A DNA stretch of 64,000 nt from assembly GCF_009914755.1 (NCBI RefSeq), contig NC_060929.1; one strand, given 5' to 3'. Shown here in pieces: positions 20,931-34,902 of this stretch. Position 1 is the stretch's first letter. Each line of letters opens with the position of its first letter. This DNA is from the human T2T-CHM13v2.0 reference genome, Homo sapiens. The notes beneath the pieces are model-generated. The model was not told the DNA's origin and ran no database searches. It saw only the letters and a list, made by a program, of their open reading frames with translations. The translations under genes were made by a program, and so were the position numbers.

Positions 20931-21929
20931 TCCTTGGATTTTTATGTCTCTAAAATATTTCCCTTAACTTGTTTCAGAAGTGCCTTGATATACAACAAAA
21001 TTAGACAGCAGCACTTTATTCACATTGCTTTTATTAATATAGAATTAGGATATTGGATCAAATGTATTCCACCCATAAAAAATGTGCCACAAATGTAAAT
21101 TTGCTAGAAACATTTATTCTAGTGCTAACTCATTTTTTTAAAAAAAAGACAAAGCAATATTCTAATGAAAAACAAGTAACAATATAAACAATTTTTTAAA
21201 TGAAAATCTGCCTTTTTAAAAAATGAAGAGGAAAAGAAGTTAAAGAGAACTGAAAAAAATGCTATCTGCAAGAAAACTCATAGCAAATATCAAGAGCAGG
21301 TTAGCATCTGCTTTGTGTATCTCAGTATTTCTCCCTATGCCCTAGAACAGAAATGTAGTTATTGAGAATCATATCTGCCAGTTAATCTCAAAGGCCAAGT
21401 GTAAGATCTGGCATTTATCCTTTCTACTTTTTGTGACTTATCAAACCACACAGAATAGTTGATTAGTAGGTGGTAGAAATATATTACCTGTGATATACAA
21501 AATCAACCTTTGATAGCTTTTATTCTCAGAATAATTATAACCTGCCTTAGGCAAATAATTTGGACCTTTAGAATATCTGACTTATTATAACTTGAGATAC
21601 CAATGATTATAATGCTATCAAATTGCCATAGTTGTAAAAATGGTGAAGTATTATTTTAATAAACAAATTATGAATAGAGTTCAACAATCAGTTTTACCAG
21701 ATATGCCTCTGATTCGTGTGCTAATTTAGCAAATTCATCAAAATAGCACATATATGTTTTGTGGTTATAATTTTAATAGTCTATTATATTGTGATTATAT
21801 ATAGTAATTTAGTTATCTTTTGTAAACTTGTTAAGCTTGAATAGGATTGTTTATAATAGCATTATATCACATTTTCTTCCCTGGGTGATTGCTATTATTA
21901 ATATTATAATATATTAATAAATAGCACGT

Positions 21930-22090
21930 ATGGTACTTTAAAACTTTCAAGGGATTTTAAATTGCATTATTTCATTGATAAAATTCATCTATGAGGAAAG
22001 AAAAACTATAATAATCACCAATTTACCACTGGGGAGATTGATACCTAAAAAAGTTAAAATTCTTGCTCAATGTTGCAAACAAAAAAATGA
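21930..22090 (-). mobile_element. MIR relic
   Basis: Degenerate core ATTTACCACTGGGGAGATTGA..AAGTTAAAATTCTTGCTCAATGTTGCA. Confidence 0.45.
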
Positions 22091-22279
22091 TATATTGGCT
22101 CTTTGAGGCTTTTCATTCCCCTACTCTGCTTCATATATACAATAAAGTCTCCTCCACATTTTTAAATAAATAAGATTTTTACTTAAACATATTTAACTGT
22201 ATTTACAGTATTCACAATCTTTTTCTATTGCCTTATTCTAGGAAAATCATCTCAAATAACAAAATAATAACATACTCTA

Positions 22280-22410
22280 GCTGCTATTTCATTTTGACAG
22301 TAGAGAAACTTGAATCAGAGAAGTTAAGCAACTTTCCAAAGTCACACATTAAGCACAGCAGTATTCTAATTCAGGCAGTCAGGCTTTAGTGTCTTCATTA
22401 TTAAATGCTG
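22280..22410 (-). mobile_element. MIR relic
   Basis: Core CATTTTGACAG..GAAACTTGAATCAGAGAAGTTAAGCAACTTTCCAAAGTCACACA. Confidence 0.75.
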
Positions 22411-25400
22411 TAATAATCTCTTCAGTTAAATAAATCTCCTTCCCAGTTAAATGACTTAAAAAATTGTAATAAGTGAAAAAATGGGATCTCATTCCTTCTA
22501 TTGAACACAAGCATATGCAATGATGATAGAAATGGAACATGAGAGCCAACTATATCATACAGTATGATTAACCAAACACAGGCCACTGTAGAAAAAGAGT
22601 TCATGTGGGTCTAAGAAACTCCATGCTTAAGGTATCATTGTAGCTATCTCTTTGAATTGTAGGGTTAAAATGAATATGATTGATAAAATATGTTATACAC
22701 ATGATAATAAAATGTAACTAAAGTAAAATAAATATATGTAGAATTAATAAGATTAGTTTTTGGTAGCTTAAATTTACATTTGTTTTCAAATGTAATTGAG
22801 ACTATTGGTAACTTTCTTATTACTTTAAAATGGCATATGCATTTGATACACATATTTGAAGAGGACAAAAAGAATTACTTTAAACTGAAAGAAAGAATAA
22901 AAACAGACATACTTGTGAACCATGCAATTGATCATGCTATACAGTTTCTAATAGGATCTCAAGTGAATATGCTTTTCCTTTCCGGATTATTGACTTTCAA
23001 TTAAATAAAAAACGAGTAAAAATAAGCAGTTGCAGGTGAACAACTGGAACTTAATTTTTTCATCTAACTTTTAAGAAAATGTATTTAAGATTATTTAATT
23101 AACTTTGCACTGGTGTCACAAGTTGGCAAACACATATACTGAGAGCTTAATGGAAATGGAATTATCTTCAATAACGCTCGTGAAACTGGAAATAAACTCC
23201 CTTTGCAGAAATTCCATGAAAAGCTAACATTAAAGGCCTCTTATGACACCTTGGCGTTTGAAAGTCCAAAGCCTAGAAAATGTAAATATTATTTGGATTC
23301 ATTCTGTATAAATGTATTGAATGTGTTTCAACAGTTCTTCTGAGAATCAAAATAGTAAGACATTTGAGAGTTGCACTTTCTCCTTTGTAATGATAGAACC
23401 ATTGTGTTTGGCTTGAATATCTGACAGGACCTATATAGCTTTCCTCTGGATATAAGCCTCACCATGCCTCTGATAAGCAAAGCAAATTAAATAAGCAACA
23501 GAGCCTTTTAGAGCCAGGGCTTGTGCTGCATATCCACAAGTGATTTCTGAGGAACAATTAGACTCTAAGAAACTAATTTATGTGGACTCCCTTTCTCCCA
23601 AGAGTACCAGATCACTTCCAATGTACAATCAGGTGGTTTGGCATTCATTTGACTCACGAAACTATCAGACTTCCTATATCCCCTATGGAACAGTCACTTA
23701 AGCATAGGATTGGCTCTCTCATATTGTTTCCTGGACTTTCACAATTTTGTTTCTTTCTACACGTGAAATTCTTGCATATATAACATCTACATGAATTTTA
23801 CTCACTGTCTCTCTCTCTCCCACTCCTGCTTTTTCACATACACATACACAAACATACCCAAAGCCTAATGCAAACATGAGAGCTGTGTAGTAAAACCAGA
23901 TCTCATTTGGACAGATCTGTACAAGACATCATTTGTGCATTACCATAATATAAATCATGTCACACTCAGAGCTTTGACATACAGGGTTAGGAATATAAGC
24001 ACAGTACACAATGACAAACATAAAAATGTGTTTTGTGGGTAGGCGGGAAATAGTTTTGCAAATTGAATTATAAAAAAAAGTCTGGACACAACAAAGTTTG
24101 ATACGTTTAAGTGACTTAAGATTATTTTAGATGTCAGTCCTAGATTACAGAAATTAAAAACAATTGTAGATATATTAACTTCCATTACAAATAGCCAGAA
24201 GAAAGCATGTATCTGTTAAAAATTATATGATAAAGACAAACTGGAAATCGCTATGGTCAATTTTTCCAACTATATTACCAGTATACAAATAAAAGAGAAA
24301 AATGATTTTTTGTCAGAAGACTTCTTTCCTTTAAATAAGAAATATTTTAGTGTTCTAATTAAGAGATACTATTTATTTTCCTCACTACCCTTTTTTGGCT
24401 TATAATTCAAGTCAAAGTTCAATTTTAAAAAACATTTGTTGCCCATTAATTTGCTGATTTTGAATTAATTCCCTGCTTAATTAGTTCCAGCTCTTATTCG
24501 CTTGCAGCTCATTCAAAACTCTTGACCAAGAACCTTCAGTCTGAAAACACTCATATTTAATATAATAGTTTGCACATATTCCATTAATGGTTATGACAAG
24601 GATACCTTTTTTGTGTGTAAGATGACAAAATGTATCAGACAGCCTTAGTATTGCCCCTGGCGTTAGGATGGAAGTAACTTCCCCATATGCTGAGTTTATC
24701 TTCTTTGGAATCTTAGAAGAAGATTCAGAAAAAGTTGAATGGAGTTATAAAAATATATGATTTTTAAAAATAAGTTTAAACTAATATTTTTAAATTGCTT
24801 TTGTAATAATTATGAATATGAGTTTATTCTGTTTTGACAAGTCATCACTTATAATTAATAGTATGAATCAATAGCAAGCTTCTTCATTATTACTGCATAT
24901 ACATCCCAATTACAAGTAAATGTCAAAAATGTTAAGGATGGCGTTACCCAGCATTCTAAAAGACAAACTATTTTTCTATTTCATCTTATTTGACACATGC
25001 CATGCTAAAGCCTGTTATGTTTTCATAAATATGTTTAAAGTAAATTTTATAATAATATTTCAAAAAATAATTTATAATCTGAAGTATGAAAATCCATAAT
25101 ACCAGATAAAGTCATTCTATTTCCAGTTTTTGAAATTAGATTTTAGCTACAAATTAAAATTAGTTGTCAGATAAGAATAAAATTATTCAAAGTGCCTTGA
25201 AAATCAGGTTCTTGAACATAAGTTACATATGAAGCAACACACTTTCTTATTTAATGTGAAAGAGAGCCATACACCTGTATCTTTGTTTATTGAATCTATG
25301 AATGATAATTAGCAAGATTAACTTATTTAAAGAAGTAAACAAAGTGTGACAATGATAAATCAATGCAATACCATTAGTGTCAACTTACAAAAGTAAATTA

Positions 25401-25532
25401 AGAAGATATAATCTTCAGGTCTGTATATATTCATTAAGTAACCCTACTAAATATCTACAATTTAGTTAAGAAAAAAGTAAAAAGCATGTATAACAGACAA
25501 TTGCTTTAAACACACATACACACACACAATTG

Positions 25533-25617
25533 GTAGAATACATCATGTCTGTATTGATACATGCATGTATTGGTACATTCATGTATTGGTATCAATACAT
25601 ACATGATGATGATCTAC
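25533..25617. repeat. Inverted repeat (hairpin) built on a 16-bp tandem unit
   Basis: 25541-25560 CATCATGTCTGTATTGATAC matches the reverse complement of 25589-25608 at 19/20 positions. Confidence 0.9.
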
Positions 25618-25823
25618 ATTTTGAGATTGTGCTAAAGCCTAAACTCAGTATTTCTGAGAAAAGAGTCCACAATCCGACATGTCAAAATTTTACTTTGTTA
25701 GGGGCAGACGCCACCTGATTCACAGATATAATAACTGACCCCTTGAATTCTTTCTCCAATGGAAAAAAAGTAAAAAGTAGTTTGTGAAGAGTGAGGTCAG
25801 TGCATGGGTTCACAGCTAAATAT

Positions 25824-25945
25824 TTTCAACAGTTTAACAAATATTAATTGAGCTCCTATCATGTGTCTGGCTACAAGCAAACGCTGGAAATAGAGCAGTG
25901 AATCAGAGAGCCATTCTTCTCACCTTCATAATCTTGTATTCTTGT
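25824..25945 (-). mobile_element. L2 3' end relic
   Basis: TTAACAAATATTAATTGAGCTCCTATCATGTG..GCTGGAAATAGAGCAGTGAA. Confidence 0.75.
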
Positions 25946-27845
25946 GTTTGTACGCTAATTATGAGTGATAATTCTAAAAAACATAATTCAGAATGGTAAA
26001 AGAACATGTTATACAGAGGATGCCAACGTTTTGCTCGTCTTAAGTGATTTTTTGTTGTTGTTGTCCATCAGAATTTGAATCCATCCTTATGGTATGTTTC
26101 CTGGAATGTATTTACTTTTTCTTAATTCTTCTCTTCCTTAATCAGAATGGAAGTTAAAGAACTTAGTATAAAAGTAGACCACCTTCCTCAACCTTTTCCC
26201 TTTTCTCCTCCTTCAGGGCCATACAACAGCAAAAATATTTCCAATTCTGATTTGAAAGAGTTAATAATCTTCAGCTAGTATTTAACCTATTACTAGCTAC
26301 AGGAACAATGAGAGCTTCTTGAGACAGGGTTTGCTAAATGTTTTCAAAGAGCCAGGGTTGAAGGCTGCAGAAATAAAATATCATACCAGTATAGAGTGCA
26401 ATTCTCTGCTTTACTTAGATTCCTATTTAAGAAGCTGATGATAATTTTGCTGCCAGGCTTTCTCAGGCTGAAGTGCATGAAATGCTTTTTTATTAGCAAG
26501 TCTATGATATTTCTGATATAGCAAACTTCCACTATAGCTCACCCATCTGCCATTGATGTTAAGAGAAAAACACAAACGCTATTATTATGAATAGTCCTTG
26601 TGCATCATTTCTTCAAAAAGTTTTGAGCCAGTACCACTTAACAGGAAAAGTTATTATTACTTGTGATAGATCAAAAGGCCACCAAAACTGCTTGGTGTAA
26701 TGTGTGAGGTGCAAAAGCCTCAGGTTCAGTAACAACACTTTCTTTTCTGATGTTAACACGACACACTTATTTTTCAAGCCTTTGCTTCCCACCTTGACAG
26801 TCTGCTGATAATAGCGAGTTATGAATTATGACTTTGGTAGGTTCCCATGAAGACTTCTATTCCCTCTGAGCAACAGAGTCCAGCAAAGCAACTGAGTCAA
26901 CATAACACTCGACATTTTAGCATTTTCAAAGGCCAATGCTGGGTTTAAATGCCAGAATAGCAAGAAACAAATTCTCCGATCTATCTCCACCTGTCTGATG
27001 TTGTGAAGTGTAATTTGATTTTGTTTCAAAAATTTAATTTGACCTGTTTCACCCCTCATCCTTACTGCTGGAGAAATAATGTTAATATTGATAAAATTGA
27101 TTTAAATTATCTATTAAATAAAATGAATTCATCCTCTTACCTGTCCTATGTATCTCAAATGCAATTATATTGGATCATGTTTATTTGCTTTTCTGCTATG
27201 CTTTTAATAAGTAGTTTGGTAATATATTGACAATATCACATAGCAAATATAGAATCAATATAATGAAATTGGTATTGTCTAGAAAAGGTAAAGCAATCTA
27301 TTTACTTTTTTAAGTTTTTATCCTTTGATTAATCGAGGGTATAGTATTTTTGAAGATGTTTCTTCGTTTTTAATATGTGTTTTCCCTCATTTATTTAAAT
27401 TGTTTCCTAGAATAAACATCAAAACACTAAGAACATGTATATAGTTTAAATTTTATGCATATTATTTCCCCCACCTACCAATGCAATCACCTACTGAACA
27501 TTTAAAATCATTATTATTTGAGCCACACTGGTTTCCTTTACTGCTTTTTGTTATGTTTTCTCACCTATAAAATGGAGCGATAACTATAAATTCCAAGGAA
27601 TGACAAGCAAATTGCCACAGTCCCTAGCACACACTGATCCTGTGACATATTTAGGAGGAAATAAAGACACTTGGTGAGGTACAACTTTACTATCTTTTAT
27701 TACCACAATTATCAGGCAAATTGTCAAGAATAACTGCTTGTTGAACGTCACCACTCATTTCTATTTTTAGTTTAAAGTCTCTAAAAACTGGAGTCTCATT
27801 ATTCCTGTAGGCGCATCTAAAGTGCCTCTTTTTATTTGTGGGTGT

Positions 27846-28380
27846 TGATGGGGTTGAGGAAATGCTACTCCAAAATACGGCACCATGGCATTTAAGAAAA
27901 CAGAAAGAAAAAAGAAATGCTGCCTTTCCTTTGCTCTTTCTTGCCTGAAGCAAGTCATAAAACCTAGGAAGATCACTCTTCTTCCTTTTTTCCCTAAAGC
28001 AGGTCATAAGACCCTGATTCAAGAGGTATTCTCTCATACCTGGAGGAAAGGAATGTCTATATTTCTGAAGATTCAGGGACACAGAGAAGAATCTGAACAA
28101 ACAGGTCCTGCTAAGTTTCCCCTAGGTTATTACCATTAGATTATACGCCCTTTGTCCAATCATACTTCTTTACCTTGTCCAGTCTTCATCAAAGCTAAGT
28201 ATTAAAATACCCGGGTTGTCTTGTTTCTTTGGGGCTTCATTTCCTTATCAAGGCTCGCATGTCAAATAAAATTTACATTAAATACATTTGTATGATTCTT
28301 TCTTGTTAATCTATCTTTTGTCATAAGGGAATCAGCCAGAAACCTAGTGATCGTGAGGAAAATATTTCCTTTCCCCTGCA
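27846..28380 (+). mobile_element. ERV1 MER4-group solo LTR (MER34/MER39-like)
   Basis: TG..CA termini; CCAAAATACGGCAC, GAGAAGAATCTGAACAAACAGG, CTTGTTAATCTATCTTTTG; flanks GTGT / GTGC resemble a 4-bp TSD. Confidence 0.82.
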
Positions 28381-29404
28381 GTGCACATGTGTAAAACTAT
28401 GAGTTGAGCACCCATTCCAGGGCAAGTGTAACTGGAATGTGTTCAAGGAGTAGTCTAAGCCTTATTGTGTAAGAAGAGAGATTCATTTAACTGTATCCTC
28501 ATACCCACTGGAATAATTTATTTGAAGAGTGGCATAATATGGCTACAGGCCAGGGTTCTTCTAACAAGAAAATTGTTGGGATTCCAAGTTTTTAACTTTG
28601 AATTAAAAGTATTTAGTATTTCTGATATATGATGTGGCCTTGAGTGAGACTACTTCAGAGAAGAGAATCCAAAAGATCTCGAAGGGAAAATCTTAATAAG
28701 GGAGAGGAATTCCAGATTGGTGCCATGAGCTCAACAGGTAAGGCAGGTCTCACAGAATTCAACACCCCTCACTCAGCACCATGGATTTGATTTGAGCAAA
28801 ATTAATGTGCATTTTCCAATGCAAACTGAAAGAGCTTTGTGGAAAAAAAAAAGAGTTGTAATGTCAGCTGGCTTTAATATGGAACACTTACAGTGACAGG
28901 AACACTGGGGAAAAGACAAGGTTTTCCTTTGATCCAAATACCTTAACACGTTACTTTAGAATTTTCATTCAGAAGAGAAATCAGGGATAACAGCTTACGT
29001 GGGTGAATAAGGCCTCAGTGAGTGTGACCCTTCTTGCAATAAACTACAGTCTATAGACTATGGTCTCTAGAGATGATGCTTCCTGCATTTAACAGTACCT
29101 TGCTTGAGGAACTGAATCCTAACAGAAAAACTATGTGATATTGACAGTAGCAAAGGCAGAGGAGGAAAGAGTCATTGACAGGCTGACCAGATGTTTATAT
29201 TCCCTTTTGTGAATCAGTTGTTATTGTGGTGACATCTTCAATAATGCAGTCACATCTGAGCTTCTTAACCTTATCATCTTCATAGGAAAACTCCACAGAG
29301 GGTAGATATATTTAGGGATTCTTGGAATTGCTGTGATTAAGACAATAAATACGTGACTTTATTTTGAATCCCTAAATTTGATTAGCTTATATATAGGGGA
29401 ACAT

Positions 29405-29453
29405 TGTGTGTGTGTGTTGTGTGTGTGTGTGTCTATGAATGTGTGTATGTGTC
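29405..29453. repeat. Interrupted (TG)n microsatellite
   Basis: Direct inspection. Confidence 0.85.
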
Positions 29454-29585
29454 TAATCAAAGGTAGCATATTTTTTCCAGCACTTTTAACGAAAATGAAT
29501 CTCTATATGTACTAATAAGATTTATTTTGCAGAATGTCATAATTTTATACATGATTCCAAGTATAAATTTTTAGTTTTTAGCTAA

Positions 29586-29903
<318 letters not shown>

Positions 29904-31859
29904 TGAAAAATTAGAGAAAATTCTACAGTTTTTTTGTGCTTATTTATGAGTAATCTGCATTTGCGTGGTGTGTATTATGTACTTTATTTTTTGAATTGTC
30001 AAACAAATATTTAAATGTTTCAGAAATCTTCTCCGCTCATATTCTCTTCGTTCTGACATGAAATTACTTCATTCATTGCCAAATACTCTTTATAAACCAG
30101 AATTAGAAAAAATAAGTAGGACTATTTCCTAATATTAAATTAACAACCATTTCAATTTAAATTACTTTAATACATTACTTCATATAAGGAATAAATTTTG
30201 TATAAAAAATATTTTAAAAATCCAAAATTAAAACATTGATTTACATTTAAAACTATATTTTGCTAATACAACTGCTTGTTATAGATTTGAAATATATATA
30301 TATATTCATTCAGTAAAGCAAGAGTTCAATTAGGCTAAGCACTAATATTTTGGAATTATTTACCTAAATTGAGAAGTTTCTTTAAATGAAAGTGTGGGAC
30401 AAATTGCTGTAATTTGTAAAATCTATTTTATTAGCAGTAATTTTTCTAAGTTGTTAAAATATAAAAATAAAATTTTATCTGAAAATATAAATATCACATA
30501 TATTACTTATGTGCTCTATATAACTAGTAGAAGAATTGAAAATACTAAAGAAATTTTTTATTTAATTTATTTTATCTCACATTTAAACTCATGTTTGCAA
30601 CTCATCACTATCTTTTAAATTACAAAATTAATTCCCTATTTTGATTCAGCAACATAGTGTTGTATATATTTATATATAATCTTAAATTTTCTGAGTAAAA
30701 AAATAATAATATGTTTAGTTGGATGAGTTCAAAACTGTGTTTGTAATAGTCATTAATCTACTCTGTTTCAATCACAGATCAGAGCCGCAAACCAGCCAGA
30801 AATATAATTTTGGGATTTAATGATATACCAAAACAATGTGAGAGGCAATCGTCTCTTTGGCAGAAGTTTCATAACCCAGTACAGGATTGCTCTACTTGCA
30901 AGAAGAAATATACTTTCTCCATTTACCACTGAAGATTTATGGCCAATGTGATGTATTTAGGTTGGTTTAATTATAACTATTATTCACTATTCCATAGGGG
31001 ATTTTACAAGTCTAGGCATTTAGTGATAGTACATATTTGTATTAGTGATGGCAGTCTTTTAATTAACTCCTTATTTTGAATTCTAATACAAAGAGTAGTC
31101 TTTTTTCTAAAGTCATAGGAACACAATTAGCATATTTATTAACACTGATCCCCTCTTAGCTTCTCTAATAATATTTTGTACTAATAGTTCTTGTATTTCT
31201 AATACAAATCTGAAGCTTTTCAAAATGATAATTTTAATTGTATTAAAAAGACTAATATCTCCCAGCTGGTTTTACTTTTTACCAATTCAGTTTGTAAGTA
31301 ATTACAAAAAAATTCCTAACAGGTCTTTCACTCTTTGAATTCTATAATCTTTTCTATAGATATTAGCATTAATTTGTACAAATAAGACTACTGAATTGCA
31401 AGTCAAAAGTAGACAAGCTGACAATGAAATTAAGCATGAATATGTGTGTACATATACATACATATTCTTTCTCTTCCTAACTCTTAAAATGAAAGCATGA
31501 AATCAAACATTTCAATCAAATATACTTTTTATGCTAAGATTTAAAAATGGTGGGTTTTTTTTGTCTTATAGCCTTACAGAAACCCTGAGATACTCAAATT
31601 TAATCTGAACTTATATAGTTGCTGGTTTATTTATCATAAAAAAGAAATCACTGGAATTTTGTGTAGTTCCCAGTTTATTCTAAACTCTGTTTTGACTTTT
31701 GTTTCTAACAATAGAACTAGGAACATTGAGAAGTTTGATATAGAGAAGAATTTTTTATTTGCTATGTCTTACCAAATGGCAAAAAAAAAAAAAAAAATCA
31801 CGAGTTTTTTTCTAATAAAGTTTTACAAGTTCACATTACATTTTTTTCTAAACTATTTA

Positions 31860-32240
31860 AGCAATGAATCATTATATCAGTTTATTCAATGGTTAATAAT
31901 TTTGCTATGTTAATGTGTTATATACTGTCTTCTCTATGGGTGATCATATATGTAAAACATAGTTTTTGATTTCAAGATGCTTACTGCCTCACAGGGTAAT
32001 GGGGTATATAACAAGTGCAATATAGAGTGATAAAGGATATGATAATAGAATATGGGAAGACAGCAGATGATAGGGAAGGTTAGGCAAGATTTCTTGGAGG
32101 GAGAAACATTTCATTAGAAGGTTAAATGAGTGTTAAGTATTATTCAGTCTTGAAAACATTCATGAAGATTTCCAAAGCATTAGCATAGTGAAAAGAGCAG
32201 TAAAACAACCTGGAACATTTTGGAACAAAAAATATATTAG
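31860..32240 (-). mobile_element. L2 relic
   Basis: GGTTAGGCAAGATTTCTTGGAGGGAGAAACATTT..GAAGG, L2-like. Confidence 0.5.
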
Positions 32241-32619
32241 CCTAATTCAGTGTGTGTCTGAGTTTGTGTGTGCAAGTATGTGTGACAGAGAGATAGAGAA
32301 AGAGAGAGAGAGAGAATGACAGACCTAAAGATGAGTCAAAATGTCTGAATATAAAATCAAAGTATAAATTATGAAAATTTATTGATTATCATGCAAAGGA
32401 AGATGATGGAAATCCTCAAAATAAAACAAGAAAATAAAATAATGATGGCTATAAAAGTAATAATATGGAGACTCAATTCCATTTGCTTATGCTTGGCATA
32501 TTTTGAATGATGAAGTAATAATTTTTGTATATTCTATCTCTTAGAAACTAGTATTATATTATCAGAAATATCACTGAAACATCTGAATTCTAATCCTAGC
32601 TCCACTCCTCCCCCTACTG

Positions 32620-33563
32620 AGTTAAAGGGGCAGGAGCTGCGTGCCCCCTGGTGCAGCTGCAGCCTCCCAGCTGAAGCTCTAGATCGGAGCATCCCTACAT
32701 TCTTGGGGACCTGGAAAGCCCCCTGCCCCTGCAGGCTTGGAAGTGCCTGCCTCTGCTCCCTGGCCTCTTCCTACTCTCAGTGCCTGCTCCGAATTCAGAA
32801 CAAAGTTGTAGCTAGCCCGGGTACTGTCGCAACCCAGCTGGGTGTGCATATGACGGGGCACACTGACATGCCAGGCCCCTGCTGCCTCGGGCCCCTTTGG
32901 ACTTTGGGTGCCAATGAGCATGGGAGGCTAGGCCAAGGGGGCTCTGAGGATGGCTCAACACGGGCCTGTGTGTGTCCCTTGGCACAAACAGCCTGGGCAC
33001 CACGGACGACCTGTTGATGTTAGCAGGAGGCAGACAGGCTCCTAGATGAAAAGGGGTGGGTCCTCTGTGAAGCCCCACCTTTAAGCAAGGGATGGCCTGA
33101 AGCCTGGGAGCCAGGCTGTCAGTTCTGGGTGGAGTCTGCAGCCCCTAACGAGAACATATGGTGCTTTTTCCAGGCCCTCCTGTGGCCACCCATGGATCAA
33201 TCAGCACACACTTCCTTCCTTCCTTCTGAGCCTATAAGACCCACCCCCCACCTGACCCAACCCACTGGGCCAGACTCACACAGATGTCAGGAGGAACTGT
33301 CTGAGGACAGGAGCTACCCACTCTGGGTCTCCTCTCTGCAGAGGGCTGCACAGTCGTCAGGATGACCTCCTTGCAGAAAGGAGCTACCCACTGTAGGTTT
33401 CCTCTCTACTGAGAGCTGGACATCCATGGGGACGACCTGCCTGCAGAAAAAAGCTACCAGCTTTGGGTTACCTGAGACCCTGAGAGATATTCTGTCACTC
33501 AGTGAAGCTCCTCTCCACCTTGCTCAACCTCCAGTTGTCTGCATACCTCATTATTCCTGGATG
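32620..33563 (+). mobile_element. ERV1 LTR, MER52-like (partial, GC-rich)
   Basis: GAAGCCCCACCTT..GGCCTGAAGCCTGGG, CCATGGATCAATCAGC, three internal repeats of GAGCTACCCA..GGGT..CCT, CTTGCTCAACCTCCAGTTGTC. Confidence 0.88.
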
Positions 33564-34605
33564 TCAAGTTGGTGAGCAAAGTTTCGGTGATGCTTGTAGA
33601 AACTGGCATTCTAGTTTACCTGAATTTTGAATGTGTAGGAATACCCAAATAAATGAAATGTGGCAGTGATTTTTTCTTCTGTTTTTTCTTTATAACATTA
33701 TAATCTGAGTTCTACAAAATTAGGAATCACTCTCTTGGGTATAACAAGCATTTAGCATAACTTGTAATGTAAAAGTCACATGCTGACATCAATCAATCCA
33801 AATGCCATTTATTTTTTTTGTAATAGTGAAATAGTATGTAATTTTAAAACTCATAGGTAATATTGATGACAATTTTCTGTCCAAACTAAAAAAAGAAATC
33901 TAATGAGCCCATGTATACTTATTTTACTTGCTTATTCTTTCAGCAGTTATTAATTTAATGTTTAGTAAAGAACACAGATTGTGTCTGATAGAGAATATAA
34001 GATTAATTCAGCATAAAATATTCACTAAGATGAACATGAGCTCTCTCTCTCCATGGTAGTTAAAGTCTCATAATGACAACAAAACCTTTTTATCTTTAAT
34101 AATCAAGAGAACTGATAAACCTCTTGCAAAATTTACAAAAGGGAAACAGAGAACAGACAATCACCAACCTGTCTGGTGAAAGAATGCATGAAAGAGGGAC
34201 TACAGAGCCCACAGACTTTAGAATTATAGTGAGAAACACTGTTAATGACTACAAATATAGATTAGACAACTTTGTTAAAAAGAACTAATTCCTCAAAACC
34301 CAAACAGTACCTGAATTCAACAAAGATAAAATAGATACTATGAAAACCTTGTAATTACTAAACAAATTGAATTTGTGATTTTAGAACTTAATGAAAAGTT
34401 TTCATCAACTGACAAACTCTGCTAAATAACTACAAAGAAGTAACACAATTATCAAATTAATTTTAATAAAATAGAAGAAAAAACAGCTTCCTAGTCATTT
34501 TATGAGGCCAGAATCACCCTACAAACATAACCACACAAATATATTACTAAAAGAAAAAGAACAAAAGATTAATATCCCTTATGAATGTTCAGTGAAAAAA
34601 TAATA

Positions 34606-34902
34606 GGTTGGGCGCAGTGGCTCAAGCCTGTAATCCCAGCACTTTGGGAGGCTGAGGTGGCTGGATCACGAGGTCAGGAGTTCAATACCAACCCGGCCAA
34701 GTTGGTGAAACCCCATCTCTACTAAAAATACAAAAAAATTAGCCAAGCATGGAGGTGGGTGCCTTCAATCCCAGCTATTCAGGAGGCTGAGGCAGAGAAT
34801 TGGTTGAACCCAAGAGGTGGAGGTTGTAGTGAGCCAAGATCACACCATGGCACTCCAGCCTGGGTGACAGAGTAAGACTCCATCTCAAAAATAATAATAA
34901 TA
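34606..34902 (+). mobile_element. AluSg-like, full length
   Basis: GGATCACGAGGTCAGGAG; (AAT)n tail; flanked by AAAAATAATA. Confidence 0.96.

Noticed and set aside
25698-25722. CTCF-like motif (minus strand ATCAGGTGGCGTC)
   Set aside because: Lacks the conserved 5' CC half; partial match only
29047-29058. 12-bp palindrome AGTCTATAGACT
   Set aside because: Too short; expected by chance in 64 kb
33300-33480. Spaced direct repeats resembling a CRISPR array
   Set aside because: Degenerate internal repeats of the MER52-like LTR; eukaryotic context with no cas genes
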